From a virus (lineage: Duplodnaviria > Caudoviricetes), in IMG/VR virus record IMGVR_UViG_3300029930_000003, positions 1 to 44,177 of that record: a stretch of DNA of 44,177 nt; one strand, given 5' to 3'. The notes under the pieces were generated by a model. That model was not told the origin of the DNA, did no database searches, and saw only the letters and a list, made by a program, of their open reading frames with translations. This document shows positions 10,301-20,154 of this stretch, in pieces. Each line of letters starts with the position of its first letter. The first letter of the stretch is position 1. The position numbers were made by a program, and so were the translations under genes.

Positions 10301-13300
10301 TGAAAAACCACCGTCAGAACCGCCCGTTGAAAATGATCGAGTAAAACTAGCTAAATCGTTTTTGCAAACGTTTAGGGATGGCAACGGGTTTGCAAATATC
10401 AATGCCGCACGACAAGCTGCCGGTAATGTGCTTGGCCGGAAGATTGAACCCGGTACGTCTGATGCCAAACTGGTTGATGAGGCGGTAGAACTTGCTGGCG
10501 TAATGTATGGCCGGGAAGTGGTAGAAAAAGAAGAATATACGGAGGATATTTATAACCGGCTTGTTGAGTTTAACAACAAGCAGATGCCTACTCTTGGAGT
10601 TCGAGATAGCGTCAGCATTGCCAATCAAGCCTATAGCACACCGTTGCCACTTGCTCACGCGGCTATTGAGTTGTCGCAACTGTATGAGCTAGGCGGTACG
10701 ATCTTAGAACCTACGGCTGGTCAAGGCGCTTTGTTGATAGCAGCCAAACCGCAGAGCGCTTTTGTTAATGAAATCAATCCCGACCGAGTAGCGGCACTTG
10801 AATCCCAAGGGTTTAAGGTCAACCAGCAAGATGCTGGTTCAATGAAATTTCAGCCCAAGGCTGTAGATGTAGTGCTGACCAATCCTCCGTATGGCGAGGG
10901 TGATCAGACTTATAACATCGATGGATTTGAGACTAAGCAGCGTGATCATGCGATTGCGTTGAACGCGCTCACGGCTATGAAAGATGATGGCCGTGCTGTT
11001 CTGTTAATCGGCGGACCAAACCGTTTGGATGAGGATTCGCGTCGAACTGCTTATCGCGGCAAATCTAAGCGTGAGTTCTTCTACAAACTTTACAATGAGT
11101 ACAACGTTGTAGATCACTTCACGGTTGCGGGTGATCTATACGCTAAGCAAGGTACGACCTATCCCGTTGATATGATTGTTATCGACGGTCGGCGTGCTAA
11201 CGCGACACAGCGTTTGTTGCCGGCTGCTGCATTGCCGCGGCTTATTGAAAGTTGGGATCAACTAAGGGGAGTATTGGATGGCACAAATATTGACATGGGG
11301 CCCTTCCGGGGACGAGAGGAGGCTCCTGGGGGCGATACAGGGGCCGAAGGGGCTGCGCCTAAACCCCCAACAGCACCGCCTACAGTTGGAGGTGAGGCTG
11401 AAGAAACTGGCGGAGAAGGCAGACGACCAAGAACTGGCGCAGGTGGAGAGCCTACTACACCAAGCGGGCCTGCTGGAGGTGCCACTGGAGAGGGACGAGG
11501 TGCCGCTCCTGCTCCTAGCGGAGAACCCGGTGGTGAAAGACCTACTGGAGAAGAGGAGGGTGCCGGGATCGGGACTGCCGAAGGTGTTGGAGAAGAACGA
11601 CCCGGAGGCGGAGGAGGTTTACAACCAAGCGAGCTTGCTCCAGTGGATAGAGCCGCTGCTGCGGGGGCGCCTCGAGCACGACTGACGGAAGAGCAGACAC
11701 AGCGTCTGCAAGTTCCGTATAACAACTTCTCGCGTAATAAATCGGTTAATACTTTAGTTGCTACCAATCATCTCACGCCTATTGAAGATGCGTTTGCTAA
11801 GTTGCGTGAGAAAGTTGGCGATATTGATAATTACGTTCAAAACAAACTGCAATACACGTCGGAAGAATTTGCCAAAGCTTTTTCCGCCGAGCAGGTCGAA
11901 GCGTTAGCTCTATCGATCTACAACATTGAATCCAACCGCGGGTTTATCATTGGAGATCAGACTGGTATTGGTAAGGGCCGTGTTGTGGCCGGCATGATTC
12001 GCTACGCCATGTTAAACAAAAAGGTCCCGGTGTTTGTCACGCAAATGCCGGATCTGTACGGCGACATCATGCGAGATTTAACGGACATCGGGATGTCTAA
12101 TGTTCGTCCGTTGATGACCAATAACAACGCCTCAGTTCCTTTGGATGCCGAGGCTTTGCAATGGTACGGAGAGAAACAAGAGATTGAAGCCGACATTCAA
12201 GAGGTAATGGAAAACATTGCCGATGTGGCTGCTATAGATTTAGGTGACAAGTTTACTAGTTTGGAAGGTGACGCTCGAGACAAAGCGTTGACAGCATTTG
12301 CGCGTACGTCTACTAATCCAAATGTTGTGGAAATGCGAGCGCAGATAGCCGAACTTCGTTCTTCAATCCCTGAGCGCCGTGGCAAATTCCTTGAAACGCC
12401 TGATCTTAAGCGTCACGAGGCCGCTCTCAAACAGATGATGGACAACAATTCACTGGGCAACTATGACGTAATCTTTACGACATACGCTCAGATGGATCCA
12501 AAGAACTCTGGCAAACCTAAGCGCAACAAAGAAACTGGTTTCATGCAGTATCCCAAACCAGAACTTTTCTTCCGCCATGAGTTTTTAGATCAATTTATTG
12601 ATGATAACTCCATGTTGATCATGGACGAGTCGCATAACATTGGCAAACGATCTGGCGAGAATCAAGCTACCGGGCGCGGTAACATTGCCCGTCAGTACAT
12701 TGACAAAGCCGGCAGTGTTTTCTATTCGTCTGCTACGTTTGCAAAGAATGTTGATGTACTTGATGCGTACAACAAAACTGATATTGGCATGGCGTTTCCC
12801 GATGCACCACAACGCCTTATAGATGCTTTGTCATCTATTCCGATGCAACAAGCTGTGTCGGCAATGTTGGTTAAAGCAACACAATATCTACGCCGTGAAC
12901 GATCGTACGCCGGGATATCGTACACAAACGAAACAGTGGAAGTAGATCAAGAGGCGGCGGAAGATTTAGCTACTGCGATGCGCGACATCGTGGCGTTTGA
13001 CGAACTTAAAGCCAAATCTGTCCGTAACCTACAGGCGGATCTAGATACACAGGGCGAAGTAATGGAGGACGGTTCGCTCGCCGCGCCTCAGGTCGAAGCC
13101 ACTAACTTTACTAGCGTCATGCATAACGTACTGGGTACGTTCTTGCTGTCGTTAAAGTCTAAAGAAACAGCAGACCTAGCCATTGCTGCTATCCGACGTG
13201 GCGAGAAACCAGTCATCACGGTTTCCAACACAATGGAAATGTTTATCAAAGATTTTGCTGAGGCCAACAATATCAAGGTAGGTAATGTACTGGAGGCATC

Positions 13301-16300
13301 GTTTGCTGATGTGCTCGAGCGTTACCTTGAGAAGGTTCGCACAGTCAAGATTTCTTATCCTGACGGTCGCAAATTACCGCACTACCTCACAGATGATGAG
13401 CTTGGCGATGAAGCGTTGTCGGCATACGAAGATACGCTAGAGTTCATTCGGGCGATGGGCCGGACATTAGATATTCCGATTTCACCAATTGATGCCATCA
13501 AAGAGCGGATTGAAGAGGCTGGATACTCGATTGGTGAAATTACTGGTCGTGGCACTGTTGTTTCTACCAAAGACGGTGTTGCCAGATTAGCGCCCAGAAA
13601 AAAATCGGAACTTCGCACCGCGGGTAAAAAGAACACTATCGCTAAGTTTAACGAGGGTCAGATTGATGCGTTGATCATTAACCGGTCTGGATCTACCGGT
13701 CTATCAATGCATGCGTCAGAGAAGTTTGCTGATCAGCGTCGGCGCGTAATGATTCTGGCGCAGGCTGAACCGGACATCAACAATCACGTTCAGATGTTGG
13801 GGCGGATTAATCGTACTGGCCAAGTTACTGATGATGGGTTAGCGCCTGAAGGATTGCCGGCTGTATTTGGGTTGCCGTACTACATCCAATTGTCGGCAAA
13901 CGTTCCTATCGAGCTTCGCCCTGCGGCTGTGCTGGCTAATAAGATGGCAGCACTTAGTGCTAACACGACCGCTGGCAGGAAGACTGCTACTCAGGACGTA
14001 AAGACTCCTGATTTTATGAACAAATACGGAGATCGAGTAGCGGCAGAGGTCGTTGGAGGATCTGATCTTAACGCGACACTAGGATTCCCAGTTAAGTTTG
14101 ACGAAAACCAAAATCCTAAAGTTGAAGGCGCGATGGCCAAGGTTACGGGCCGGATTGGGTTGTTGCCGCTTAAAGAACAGTCGGCCCTCTACAAACAGTT
14201 AATTGAGGAATACAACAATCAAATAGCTTTGATTGAATCTCTTGGTCAGAACGATCTCGAGGCTCAAGTCAAACAGTTAGATGCAAAGGTGCTAGAAACG
14301 TTTGAACTTCAGGCGCAGGATGCCGGAACCGATAGTCCGTTTACTGCACCAGTGGTTCTGCAGGTCGTGGATGCAAAACGGCTGACCAAACCTTTAAAGC
14401 TTGATCAAGTTAAAGAGTTAGTTACAAAAACACTTAATGGTGCTACGCCAGCTGCCAATCGTCAAAAGCAAGTTGCAGATTTTATAACTGCAACTAACGC
14501 TGATATTGAGACGCTACGTCAATCGTTGCCAAAAGATGCGTCAGAAGATTCAAGAACTGTTGTACAAAAACAGATTGATGCAATTCAATCTGCGCAAACT
14601 ATTTTTAGCAATCGTCTCCCACGCATTGATCAAGTAGTTAGCCTAAAAAGTAAAGACGGGTTTTTGTTTGGGATTGTCGTAGACGTAAAGAAAAAAGGGC
14701 GCACCAAGTCAGCTTCGTCACTTAGTGACTGGGAAGTTAAGTTTGCCCTTGTCAACGGCGCTGCTCAGATGATGACGCTACGGCTAAGCCAATTAGCTGG
14801 AGCAAACGAATCAGAATCGGCACAAGCAGATAAGATTGTGCTCGATAACGCCACAACAATGGCTGTCCCAACAGAAGACGGATCTGGAATTGAGGAAATC
14901 CCTATTCCTCAAGCGTTTGACCGTGGTCAACTAGGTACCCGTCAAAAACGTTACATTATTACTGGCAATTTGTTGCGTGGAAAACAAGCTGCAGGTGGTG
15001 GAAATCTAGTCAGTTACACCGACGATCAGGGCAACCTTCTCCAAGGTTTCCTGATGCCGATCGGGTTTGACTATAAAAAATTAATTGCCCAACAAGCGGC
15101 AGCTATCACATCACCACAAGCTGCGTTGGAACTGGCGAACTTAGGTGGTACGGTAATAGACAAGTTGCGCATGGGTGAGACGTTTAAGCTGACTAAAGAT
15201 AAACGTGTTCCAGATCATTATCAGATTGAGGTCAGCAAAGGTGGCATTGGGAAACAGATTGTTAAAGATCGCGACGGCATGTATTTCGTTTCTGTTGGAA
15301 ACAAGATGCGCGCCACGATTGTTTCCCAAGAAGCTGCAACCAATCTTTTGATTAAAGTTCTCAGTAGTTCTGGATACAATTTAGATTTGGTTGCAGATAT
15401 ACGGGACCGAGATACCAAAAACATCATCGATGCTCGGAACAAGCCCACTAATCCTCCTCTGCAGAATATTATTCCTATTCAACCTGTTGCTCAGAAAGCC
15501 AAGGTACAAACTAAGCGTCGTATTAAATATCTTTCTAAGCAGCATTCCGAAGGCATCATTGGTGATGCAGCGTTTATAGATGGTGTTAAAACAGCGTTAG
15601 ATAAAGATACTGCGCCAGAACGTGCGCCTCGAGTGCGTGGTGCAGACTACATCAAAGAACGTCTGTTAAATGCTCGTCGTCGCGGATTGTTGTCTAATCA
15701 AGATGTTGATTTGGCATCTTGGTTCATTGATCAAAATCCTGCTTTGGTAGACGATCTTGGTATCAGTATTCGTCAAACCAAGCAAGAAGGGGTCGCTGGA
15801 TTTTACAATGCCATTGCGAGGATCATTAATTTAATTCCTCAGACTGAAACCAATAACACAACAATTCACGAAATCCTGCACCACTTAGAAAGGATGTTAC
15901 CGCCTGAGTTGCAGCAAAAGATTCGTGATCGTTGGTTAATGGACTTGACGGCTGCTGCAAGAAAAGCCAATACGCCAAACGAAGTTAAGTTCTTTGAGCT
16001 GCTCTTAGATTTCCATCTCAATCCCCCAGAAGCGGCGGTCACGGCACAACTGGAAACAGTTAAGTCAATGATTAAAAACGGTGACGTGCCGTATGATTAT
16101 TATCAGTACGTCAATCCGTCTGAGTACTGGGCGGTTAACGCGACCCGTATTCTTGAGAACCGTTTTGAGTTTGGGGAAACCGCATGGGGCCGGCTCAGAA
16201 CTTGGCTTAAAGAGTTTGGTCAAAAGATCAAAAGTATATTGGGTCTGAAGTCTGATGCAGTCATCATTAAAGCAATCAATAGTTTGGTTGCTGGCGATGG

Positions 16301-19172
16301 TAAATATCAATCGTCCACGTTACTTTTTGAAGATGAGCAGCCGGAACAGATCATTAGTACGCCGGCCAATCGCTTGGTAACGGAAGCTCAGAAGTTCCTG
16401 CAGAAACGCAAAGTGCTGCAGGCTGAGGACTTTGAAGGCGTTGATAAAGAACTCTTTGACAAATTGGTCCCAATCTATACGCCACAACGTGCAACGATCA
16501 TAGACAAAGTTGCCGCCATGAAGGATAACTTCTGGCGTCGTTTGGCTCAGGGTGTGGCGGATCAATATCGTACGATCCGAGAATACTCTGAACGGGCGTA
16601 CATGATGGCTCGTATGTCGCGAACCATTGATGGGGCGCTGGAAGGGTTAATGTTTAATGGGCAGGTTTTCCTGAGAGATGGCGCTCTGGATATTGCTCAG
16701 AATACAGAGGGACTGCTAGAGATTCTTCAACCTCTTGGTAAAGAGGTGGATAGATTCTTAATCTGGATGGCTCTGAACCGTGAGGCTCAGTTGGCGATAT
16801 CGGGTAAGCACTCTAAGTTTGAAGATATTGACGAACTGATGGAGCGTCGCAACGAACTGGCAGACGGTGAATTGGATGGTCAAAATCGGCGTCAGTTGTA
16901 CATACAGGTTCGCAATAAATTCAATGTGCTAAATCGTTCTGTGTTGCGTGTGGCCATGCAGCAGGGCCTGATCATGTCTACGGAACAGGAGATTGAGCGT
17001 ACGCAAAATCGAGATGATCTGACCGATGAGCAGAAAGCCGCCAAGATTGAGGATCTGCAGAACAATCCAGTTGGATACGAACGATTTGCGAATGACATCT
17101 GGTACATCCCGTTCTACCGAGAAATGGAAGATGGGATGCTGAGCGGGGCGATGGATTCGACTGGGTTGCCCAATCAGTATTTCAGCAAGAACATTGAGGG
17201 TGGCGAAAGTCCGATGGGCGATCTTATGGAGAACATCGTCCGGAACTGGAGTCACATATTGTCTGCGTCTATGAAGAACCGGGCGTCGATAGAAACTCTC
17301 AATGCAGCGGTTGATCAGCAAGGCGCCGCGGTCAATTTACGGGCGCCGTATGTCATGCAGGGTGGATTGGTGTATGTCCGAAGCACGGGTGAGCTTGCTG
17401 GCGGCACGGGCGAGCTGCAGGGCTGGATGACCTCTATGGGTTCTGACACGGTCAAGGTGATGATCAAGGGGGTGCCGGCCTACTTTAACGTGCTGGATCC
17501 CTTGTTGTTGGAATCAATTTCATCAATTGGCTACATGGGACCGCAAGGCAAGTTTGTCAGCGTCATGCGGGACTTTAAGAATCTGTTGCAGTTTGGCGTT
17601 ACGGTATCGCCGGCGTTTAAGGTACGCAACCTGTTCCGTGACTCAATTCAAGCTGCAGCTTTGTCTGGATATTTAGATATCTATGAAGGTTGGAAAGGGA
17701 CCGAGAAAACCAATCCCCGATACATTTCTGCGTTGGCTGGCGGAGCAATCTTCAACTTTGGGTCTATCGTTGAAGGCGATCAAGCGGCATTGGTTAAGCG
17801 GTTGATCAAGCTTGGCGTTAACTCCGATACCATTTTGAACACGCCAGATAAAGTTCAGAACGGCATTATGTCGTTGTGGAATAAGTATCAAGATTGGGGC
17901 AATCGTTCTGAAGCGGCTAATCGTATTGCCTTGTACAACAAGTTAATTAAAAACAATAAAGATCATCTTGAAGCATCATTTATGGCTAGAGACTTGCTGG
18001 ACTTTTCCATGCAAGGTTCATGGCCAGCATTTAGATATCTATCTCAAATCGTTCCGTTCTTTAACGCTCGTGTGCAAGGCTTGTACAAACTAGGTAGGGA
18101 TGGTATTTCGCCAACCGTGCGGGTGTTTTATAACACTGTCACTGGTAAAGAAATGACTACGCCGGAAGAGTTAGAACAAGCTGAGATTGATAAACAGAAA
18201 GCTAGAACCTTTACTACAGTCACGGCAGGTGTGATTGTGGCATCCCTTGCTCTGTACTTTGCTTTCAAGGATGACGAAGAATACAAGAAACGTAACGACT
18301 GGGATCGGGATAACTTCTGGTGGTTTAAGTTACCCAACATGGATTACGCAGTTCGTATACCCAAACCCTTTGAGATTGGAGCATTTGGAACTTTAGCTGA
18401 GCGTGTAGCTGAGCAAATGTTCAGTGAGGGTGCTGAAGGTAAACAGCTTGAAGACAGTATGAAACGGATGATCTGGGATACATTTGGATTGAATCCTACT
18501 CCGCAAATGTTCAAACCTTTGGTCGATCTGTATGCCAATAAAGATTCCTTTACTGGCGCTCCAATTGAATCAGCCGGCCTCGAGCGGTTATCCAAAGAAG
18601 AACGGAAGACGGATAACACTAGCCCGTTGGCTATCGCTCTAGGGGGAATTACCAATACGTTTTTGCCGGAGAAAGCCGAGATCAGCCCCGTACAGGCTGA
18701 ATATGCGATCAAGAGTTATTTTGGTTGGCTAGGTGGCACCGTTGCGTGGGCATCCAAGTATGCTGTGGCGCCGTTTAAAGAAGGTGCGTATCCAGATGAA
18801 CGCTGGACAGATTCAATCAGCCTTGGGTTTATTAAGACACTACCGTCTACTCAATCTCAATACGTTACTTCATTCTACGAGAACGCTAGACAGATTAGCC
18901 AAGCCTATGCCGATATGCGCCACTATGCCGCGGTTGGTGATTCTGCCAAAGTTCAACAGATTCTTGAGGATCGTGGCGACAAGGTGGCGTTGGCTAAGAT
19001 GTATGACAAAGCTTCGGATCAAATGGCTCAACTGCGTCAAAGTATTCGTTTGATTACCGAAGATCCCGTGATGAGCGGATCAGACAAACGGGCGCAGATT
19101 GATACGATTCAGCTGTTGATCATAGATATCGCCAAACAAGCCGAGGACCTGCGTAAAGCTACCAAGAAGTAG
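7377..19172 (+). CDS. Giant polyvalent virion protein: amino-methyltransferase + Strawberry-notch-type SF2 helicase + HExxH metallopeptidase-like domain + LPD38-like C-terminus (DarB-like)
   Basis: 3931 aa; MTase motif I LEPTAGQG (~10701) and motif IV NPPY (10881); Walker A GDQTGIGKGR (11952), DESH (~12624), helicase-C motifs GSTGLSMHA and QMLGRINRTGQ; HEILH (15867) with downstream EYWA; RIPKPFEIG near the C-terminus. Confidence 0.85.
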   Translation: MMPQYQVKGPDGYTYTIEAPEGTSQAVLQQAIQEQGEAARRQARQRTYGEALGTDTAAALTRGLGAITQFPAQLYALGTGDTETGLYQLGEKIKKYGEGLKSPGLVAREYERARRIEEAEKSGGQLPAFGVAFGETITDPALFSSFITEQLPQLLGPLGAAKIGRVAGAARAAFANASLEEGAKQAARYGTAAAIGTGALQQGADVGAEAFENMYKELVSQGIDPDVAKQTALDRARGVGASALVISTLAQKLPGAKTIEQAMARVPLAREAAKTIQTDAGRRTISRAGETRLGSGIKGLLGESASEMLEEVGGKLAANIAMQTIKPEQSLTAGLGATAALAAIGGGTLGGVLGLLRGPEPEQAAAAPVIQPPAAQPPSPKPTTAQLPSVPPVAPPSVPSESAKPLTPIEQAKTDLQTVQQQRTAIGAAFDQATEQQAALAATPNVPPDQLSAAAQQVAQLQAQYQSLLDQETSIQETLQKLITESRKTPPTAPPTVTPTAAAPTGAPPPPTTTPATTPVTPPTVTPPTAEILSFTPSGENTEIRLFKNKSGMFGVGVFDKDTQQYLPEMTLWPNEKQAREQYDSQVSKLPRAPSAGETVTPPPQAPAGVTDPALQSRLDAVVKAYRDAGMNDMADNLSSRQTKKPYNETEIAFLEESSRTNIAKQRLIEGAAAGTNTPVEPKLRTKENLYDTPYEFESVQEVPNDVTNLVLNKLNDISRQVAQQGIQISDIDNRFPKPILEFKSQFSQLSGQFLRYANQLKGMKRGYKRSELTKFEQAERELGQMLGVDLKPYRPEFKAEPTIQPTEPKAPVSEPSTETKSADKLFDDILDEEMPDQKEETASKLFDAILEEEMPEKASPAGEAPAAPRTAKEAAASAAKNAAEGFDQAIDGLVELFGGKQKGRLSSGIGFDEETYAKAKPLFQKAVASLGRAVKDIAEAIRIIIQELAKRLNKAQIANLKPYVVRFVEDEVKSEKPPSEPPVENDRVKLAKSFLQTFRDGNGFANINAARQAAGNVLGRKIEPGTSDAKLVDEAVELAGVMYGREVVEKEEYTEDIYNRLVEFNNKQMPTLGVRDSVSIANQAYSTPLPLAHAAIELSQLYELGGTILEPTAGQGALLIAAKPQSAFVNEINPDRVAALESQGFKVNQQDAGSMKFQPKAVDVVLTNPPYGEGDQTYNIDGFETKQRDHAIALNALTAMKDDGRAVLLIGGPNRLDEDSRRTAYRGKSKREFFYKLYNEYNVVDHFTVAGDLYAKQGTTYPVDMIVIDGRRANATQRLLPAAALPRLIESWDQLRGVLDGTNIDMGPFRGREEAPGGDTGAEGAAPKPPTAPPTVGGEAEETGGEGRRPRTGAGGEPTTPSGPAGGATGEGRGAAPAPSGEPGGERPTGEEEGAGIGTAEGVGEERPGGGGGLQPSELAPVDRAAAAGAPRARLTEEQTQRLQVPYNNFSRNKSVNTLVATNHLTPIEDAFAKLREKVGDIDNYVQNKLQYTSEEFAKAFSAEQVEALALSIYNIESNRGFIIGDQTGIGKGRVVAGMIRYAMLNKKVPVFVTQMPDLYGDIMRDLTDIGMSNVRPLMTNNNASVPLDAEALQWYGEKQEIEADIQEVMENIADVAAIDLGDKFTSLEGDARDKALTAFARTSTNPNVVEMRAQIAELRSSIPERRGKFLETPDLKRHEAALKQMMDNNSLGNYDVIFTTYAQMDPKNSGKPKRNKETGFMQYPKPELFFRHEFLDQFIDDNSMLIMDESHNIGKRSGENQATGRGNIARQYIDKAGSVFYSSATFAKNVDVLDAYNKTDIGMAFPDAPQRLIDALSSIPMQQAVSAMLVKATQYLRRERSYAGISYTNETVEVDQEAAEDLATAMRDIVAFDELKAKSVRNLQADLDTQGEVMEDGSLAAPQVEATNFTSVMHNVLGTFLLSLKSKETADLAIAAIRRGEKPVITVSNTMEMFIKDFAEANNIKVGNVLEASFADVLERYLEKVRTVKISYPDGRKLPHYLTDDELGDEALSAYEDTLEFIRAMGRTLDIPISPIDAIKERIEEAGYSIGEITGRGTVVSTKDGVARLAPRKKSELRTAGKKNTIAKFNEGQIDALIINRSGSTGLSMHASEKFADQRRRVMILAQAEPDINNHVQMLGRINRTGQVTDDGLAPEGLPAVFGLPYYIQLSANVPIELRPAAVLANKMAALSANTTAGRKTATQDVKTPDFMNKYGDRVAAEVVGGSDLNATLGFPVKFDENQNPKVEGAMAKVTGRIGLLPLKEQSALYKQLIEEYNNQIALIESLGQNDLEAQVKQLDAKVLETFELQAQDAGTDSPFTAPVVLQVVDAKRLTKPLKLDQVKELVTKTLNGATPAANRQKQVADFITATNADIETLRQSLPKDASEDSRTVVQKQIDAIQSAQTIFSNRLPRIDQVVSLKSKDGFLFGIVVDVKKKGRTKSASSLSDWEVKFALVNGAAQMMTLRLSQLAGANESESAQADKIVLDNATTMAVPTEDGSGIEEIPIPQAFDRGQLGTRQKRYIITGNLLRGKQAAGGGNLVSYTDDQGNLLQGFLMPIGFDYKKLIAQQAAAITSPQAALELANLGGTVIDKLRMGETFKLTKDKRVPDHYQIEVSKGGIGKQIVKDRDGMYFVSVGNKMRATIVSQEAATNLLIKVLSSSGYNLDLVADIRDRDTKNIIDARNKPTNPPLQNIIPIQPVAQKAKVQTKRRIKYLSKQHSEGIIGDAAFIDGVKTALDKDTAPERAPRVRGADYIKERLLNARRRGLLSNQDVDLASWFIDQNPALVDDLGISIRQTKQEGVAGFYNAIARIINLIPQTETNNTTIHEILHHLERMLPPELQQKIRDRWLMDLTAAARKANTPNEVKFFELLLDFHLNPPEAAVTAQLETVKSMIKNGDVPYDYYQYVNPSEYWAVNATRILENRFEFGETAWGRLRTWLKEFGQKIKSILGLKSDAVIIKAINSLVAGDGKYQSSTLLFEDEQPEQIISTPANRLVTEAQKFLQKRKVLQAEDFEGVDKELFDKLVPIYTPQRATIIDKVAAMKDNFWRRLAQGVADQYRTIREYSERAYMMARMSRTIDGALEGLMFNGQVFLRDGALDIAQNTEGLLEILQPLGKEVDRFLIWMALNREAQLAISGKHSKFEDIDELMERRNELADGELDGQNRRQLYIQVRNKFNVLNRSVLRVAMQQGLIMSTEQEIERTQNRDDLTDEQKAAKIEDLQNNPVGYERFANDIWYIPFYREMEDGMLSGAMDSTGLPNQYFSKNIEGGESPMGDLMENIVRNWSHILSASMKNRASIETLNAAVDQQGAAVNLRAPYVMQGGLVYVRSTGELAGGTGELQGWMTSMGSDTVKVMIKGVPAYFNVLDPLLLESISSIGYMGPQGKFVSVMRDFKNLLQFGVTVSPAFKVRNLFRDSIQAAALSGYLDIYEGWKGTEKTNPRYISALAGGAIFNFGSIVEGDQAALVKRLIKLGVNSDTILNTPDKVQNGIMSLWNKYQDWGNRSEAANRIALYNKLIKNNKDHLEASFMARDLLDFSMQGSWPAFRYLSQIVPFFNARVQGLYKLGRDGISPTVRVFYNTVTGKEMTTPEELEQAEIDKQKARTFTTVTAGVIVASLALYFAFKDDEEYKKRNDWDRDNFWWFKLPNMDYAVRIPKPFEIGAFGTLAERVAEQMFSEGAEGKQLEDSMKRMIWDTFGLNPTPQMFKPLVDLYANKDSFTGAPIESAGLERLSKEERKTDNTSPLAIALGGITNTFLPEKAEISPVQAEYAIKSYFGWLGGTVAWASKYAVAPFKEGAYPDERWTDSISLGFIKTLPSTQSQYVTSFYENARQISQAYADMRHYAAVGDSAKVQQILEDRGDKVALAKMYDKASDQMAQLRQSIRLITEDPVMSGSDKRAQIDTIQLLIIDIAKQAEDLRKATKK

Positions 19173-19428
19173 ACGGATCGAAGGAAGAACTTAGACGTTC
19201 AATGGTAACGTTTAAAGCGTCTAATTCTTCCATCTTCCGTATGCGCCAGAGTTCTTTGGTGCCGTGCCAATTTCGATGACAGTCTTGGCATAGAGCCACT
19301 ACACAATACTGTAGGGATTGCTTAATGTGATGCGCTTCGCTTGGGCCGGGTGCGTCGCACACTGAACACGGTAAAAGTTTAACCGCGCCAATGTGCGCCC
19401 GTTGTTTTGCGGTTAGCTTGTTATGCAT
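19159..19428 (-). CDS. Ref/DUF968-like HNH-type Zn nuclease
   Basis: PCSVC...EAHHI...LCQDCH..H motif; likely start ATG at 19428. Confidence 0.7.
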   Translation of the reverse strand: MHNKLTAKQRAHIGAVKLLPCSVCDAPGPSEAHHIKQSLQYCVVALCQDCHRNWHGTKELWRIRKMEELDALNVTIERLSSSFDPSTSW

Positions 19429-19429
19429 A

Positions 19430-19708
19430 TTACCTATGCATTTCCCTGAGTTTCTGCTGATAGTGCCGCAACTTGCCGGCGTCATCAGAATCTTTACGAC
19501 CTTGTCGCATAGCGTACTTAATGATGTTGCCCTTAAGAAACCCTATGAACTCTTCACGGGTTAGCAAAGATTCCATCACAGTCCAAGGTTGCACTGGCAT
19601 ATCTTTGTAATGTGACCCTCCAACTTGAAGATCATCGGCTTTTTGATCTTGTTCCATAGTTTCGTAAATCCTCATGCGATCTTTAATCAAATCATTCAAA
19701 GTAGTCAT
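19430..19708 (-). CDS. DUF3310 (SaV-like / T7 gp1.7-like) protein
   Basis: QVGGSHYK...GFLKGNIIKYAMRQGRK motif; likely start MTTLND at 19708. Confidence 0.8.
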   Translation of the reverse strand: MTTLNDLIKDRMRIYETMEQDQKADDLQVGGSHYKDMPVQPWTVMESLLTREEFIGFLKGNIIKYAMRQGRKDSDDAGKLRHYQQKLREMHR

Positions 19709-20123
19709 CGTCTTCCTCCGGCAGTGGAACATGTAACAGATCTCCATATTCAAGATACAATTCGTTCCAAAGACTGTGATTAACTTTCATAATACGCCGA
19801 CTGCTGGCATCAAATTCACCAATCTTTTTTTCCTGCAAATCGTGCATAATTTCAATTACATTTTTTCTAAACATTGGTGGATCAATGTCCAGCATTTCCA
19901 AATAGCCATCAGAATGCGTAGTAAAAATAAATCGACACGCTGATAACGCTTCCGGATGCAATCTCATTTTATTATTGTTCTGATGAATGCGTATAGGTTT
20001 ACGCGTTAAGTCTCGTAACGCCAACGATACAACAGCCGCTAACAGGCGTATCTCTGGTGGATTTGAAAACTGTTCCATGTTGGGTTGTGCCGACATAAAG
20101 CTTGGCAATGACGTATCGTGCAT
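19692..20123 (-). CDS. Hypothetical phage protein
   Basis: 143-aa ORF with AGGAGAG RBS; overlaps its neighbours. Confidence 0.65.
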   Translation of the reverse strand: MHDTSLPSFMSAQPNMEQFSNPPEIRLLAAVVSLALRDLTRKPIRIHQNNNKMRLHPEALSACRFIFTTHSDGYLEMLDIDPPMFRKNVIEIMHDLQEKKIGEFDASSRRIMKVNHSLWNELYLEYGDLLHVPLPEEDDDYFE

Positions 20124-20154
20124 ATCTCTCTCCTAAAATGGTGCTTCGCCGCAT

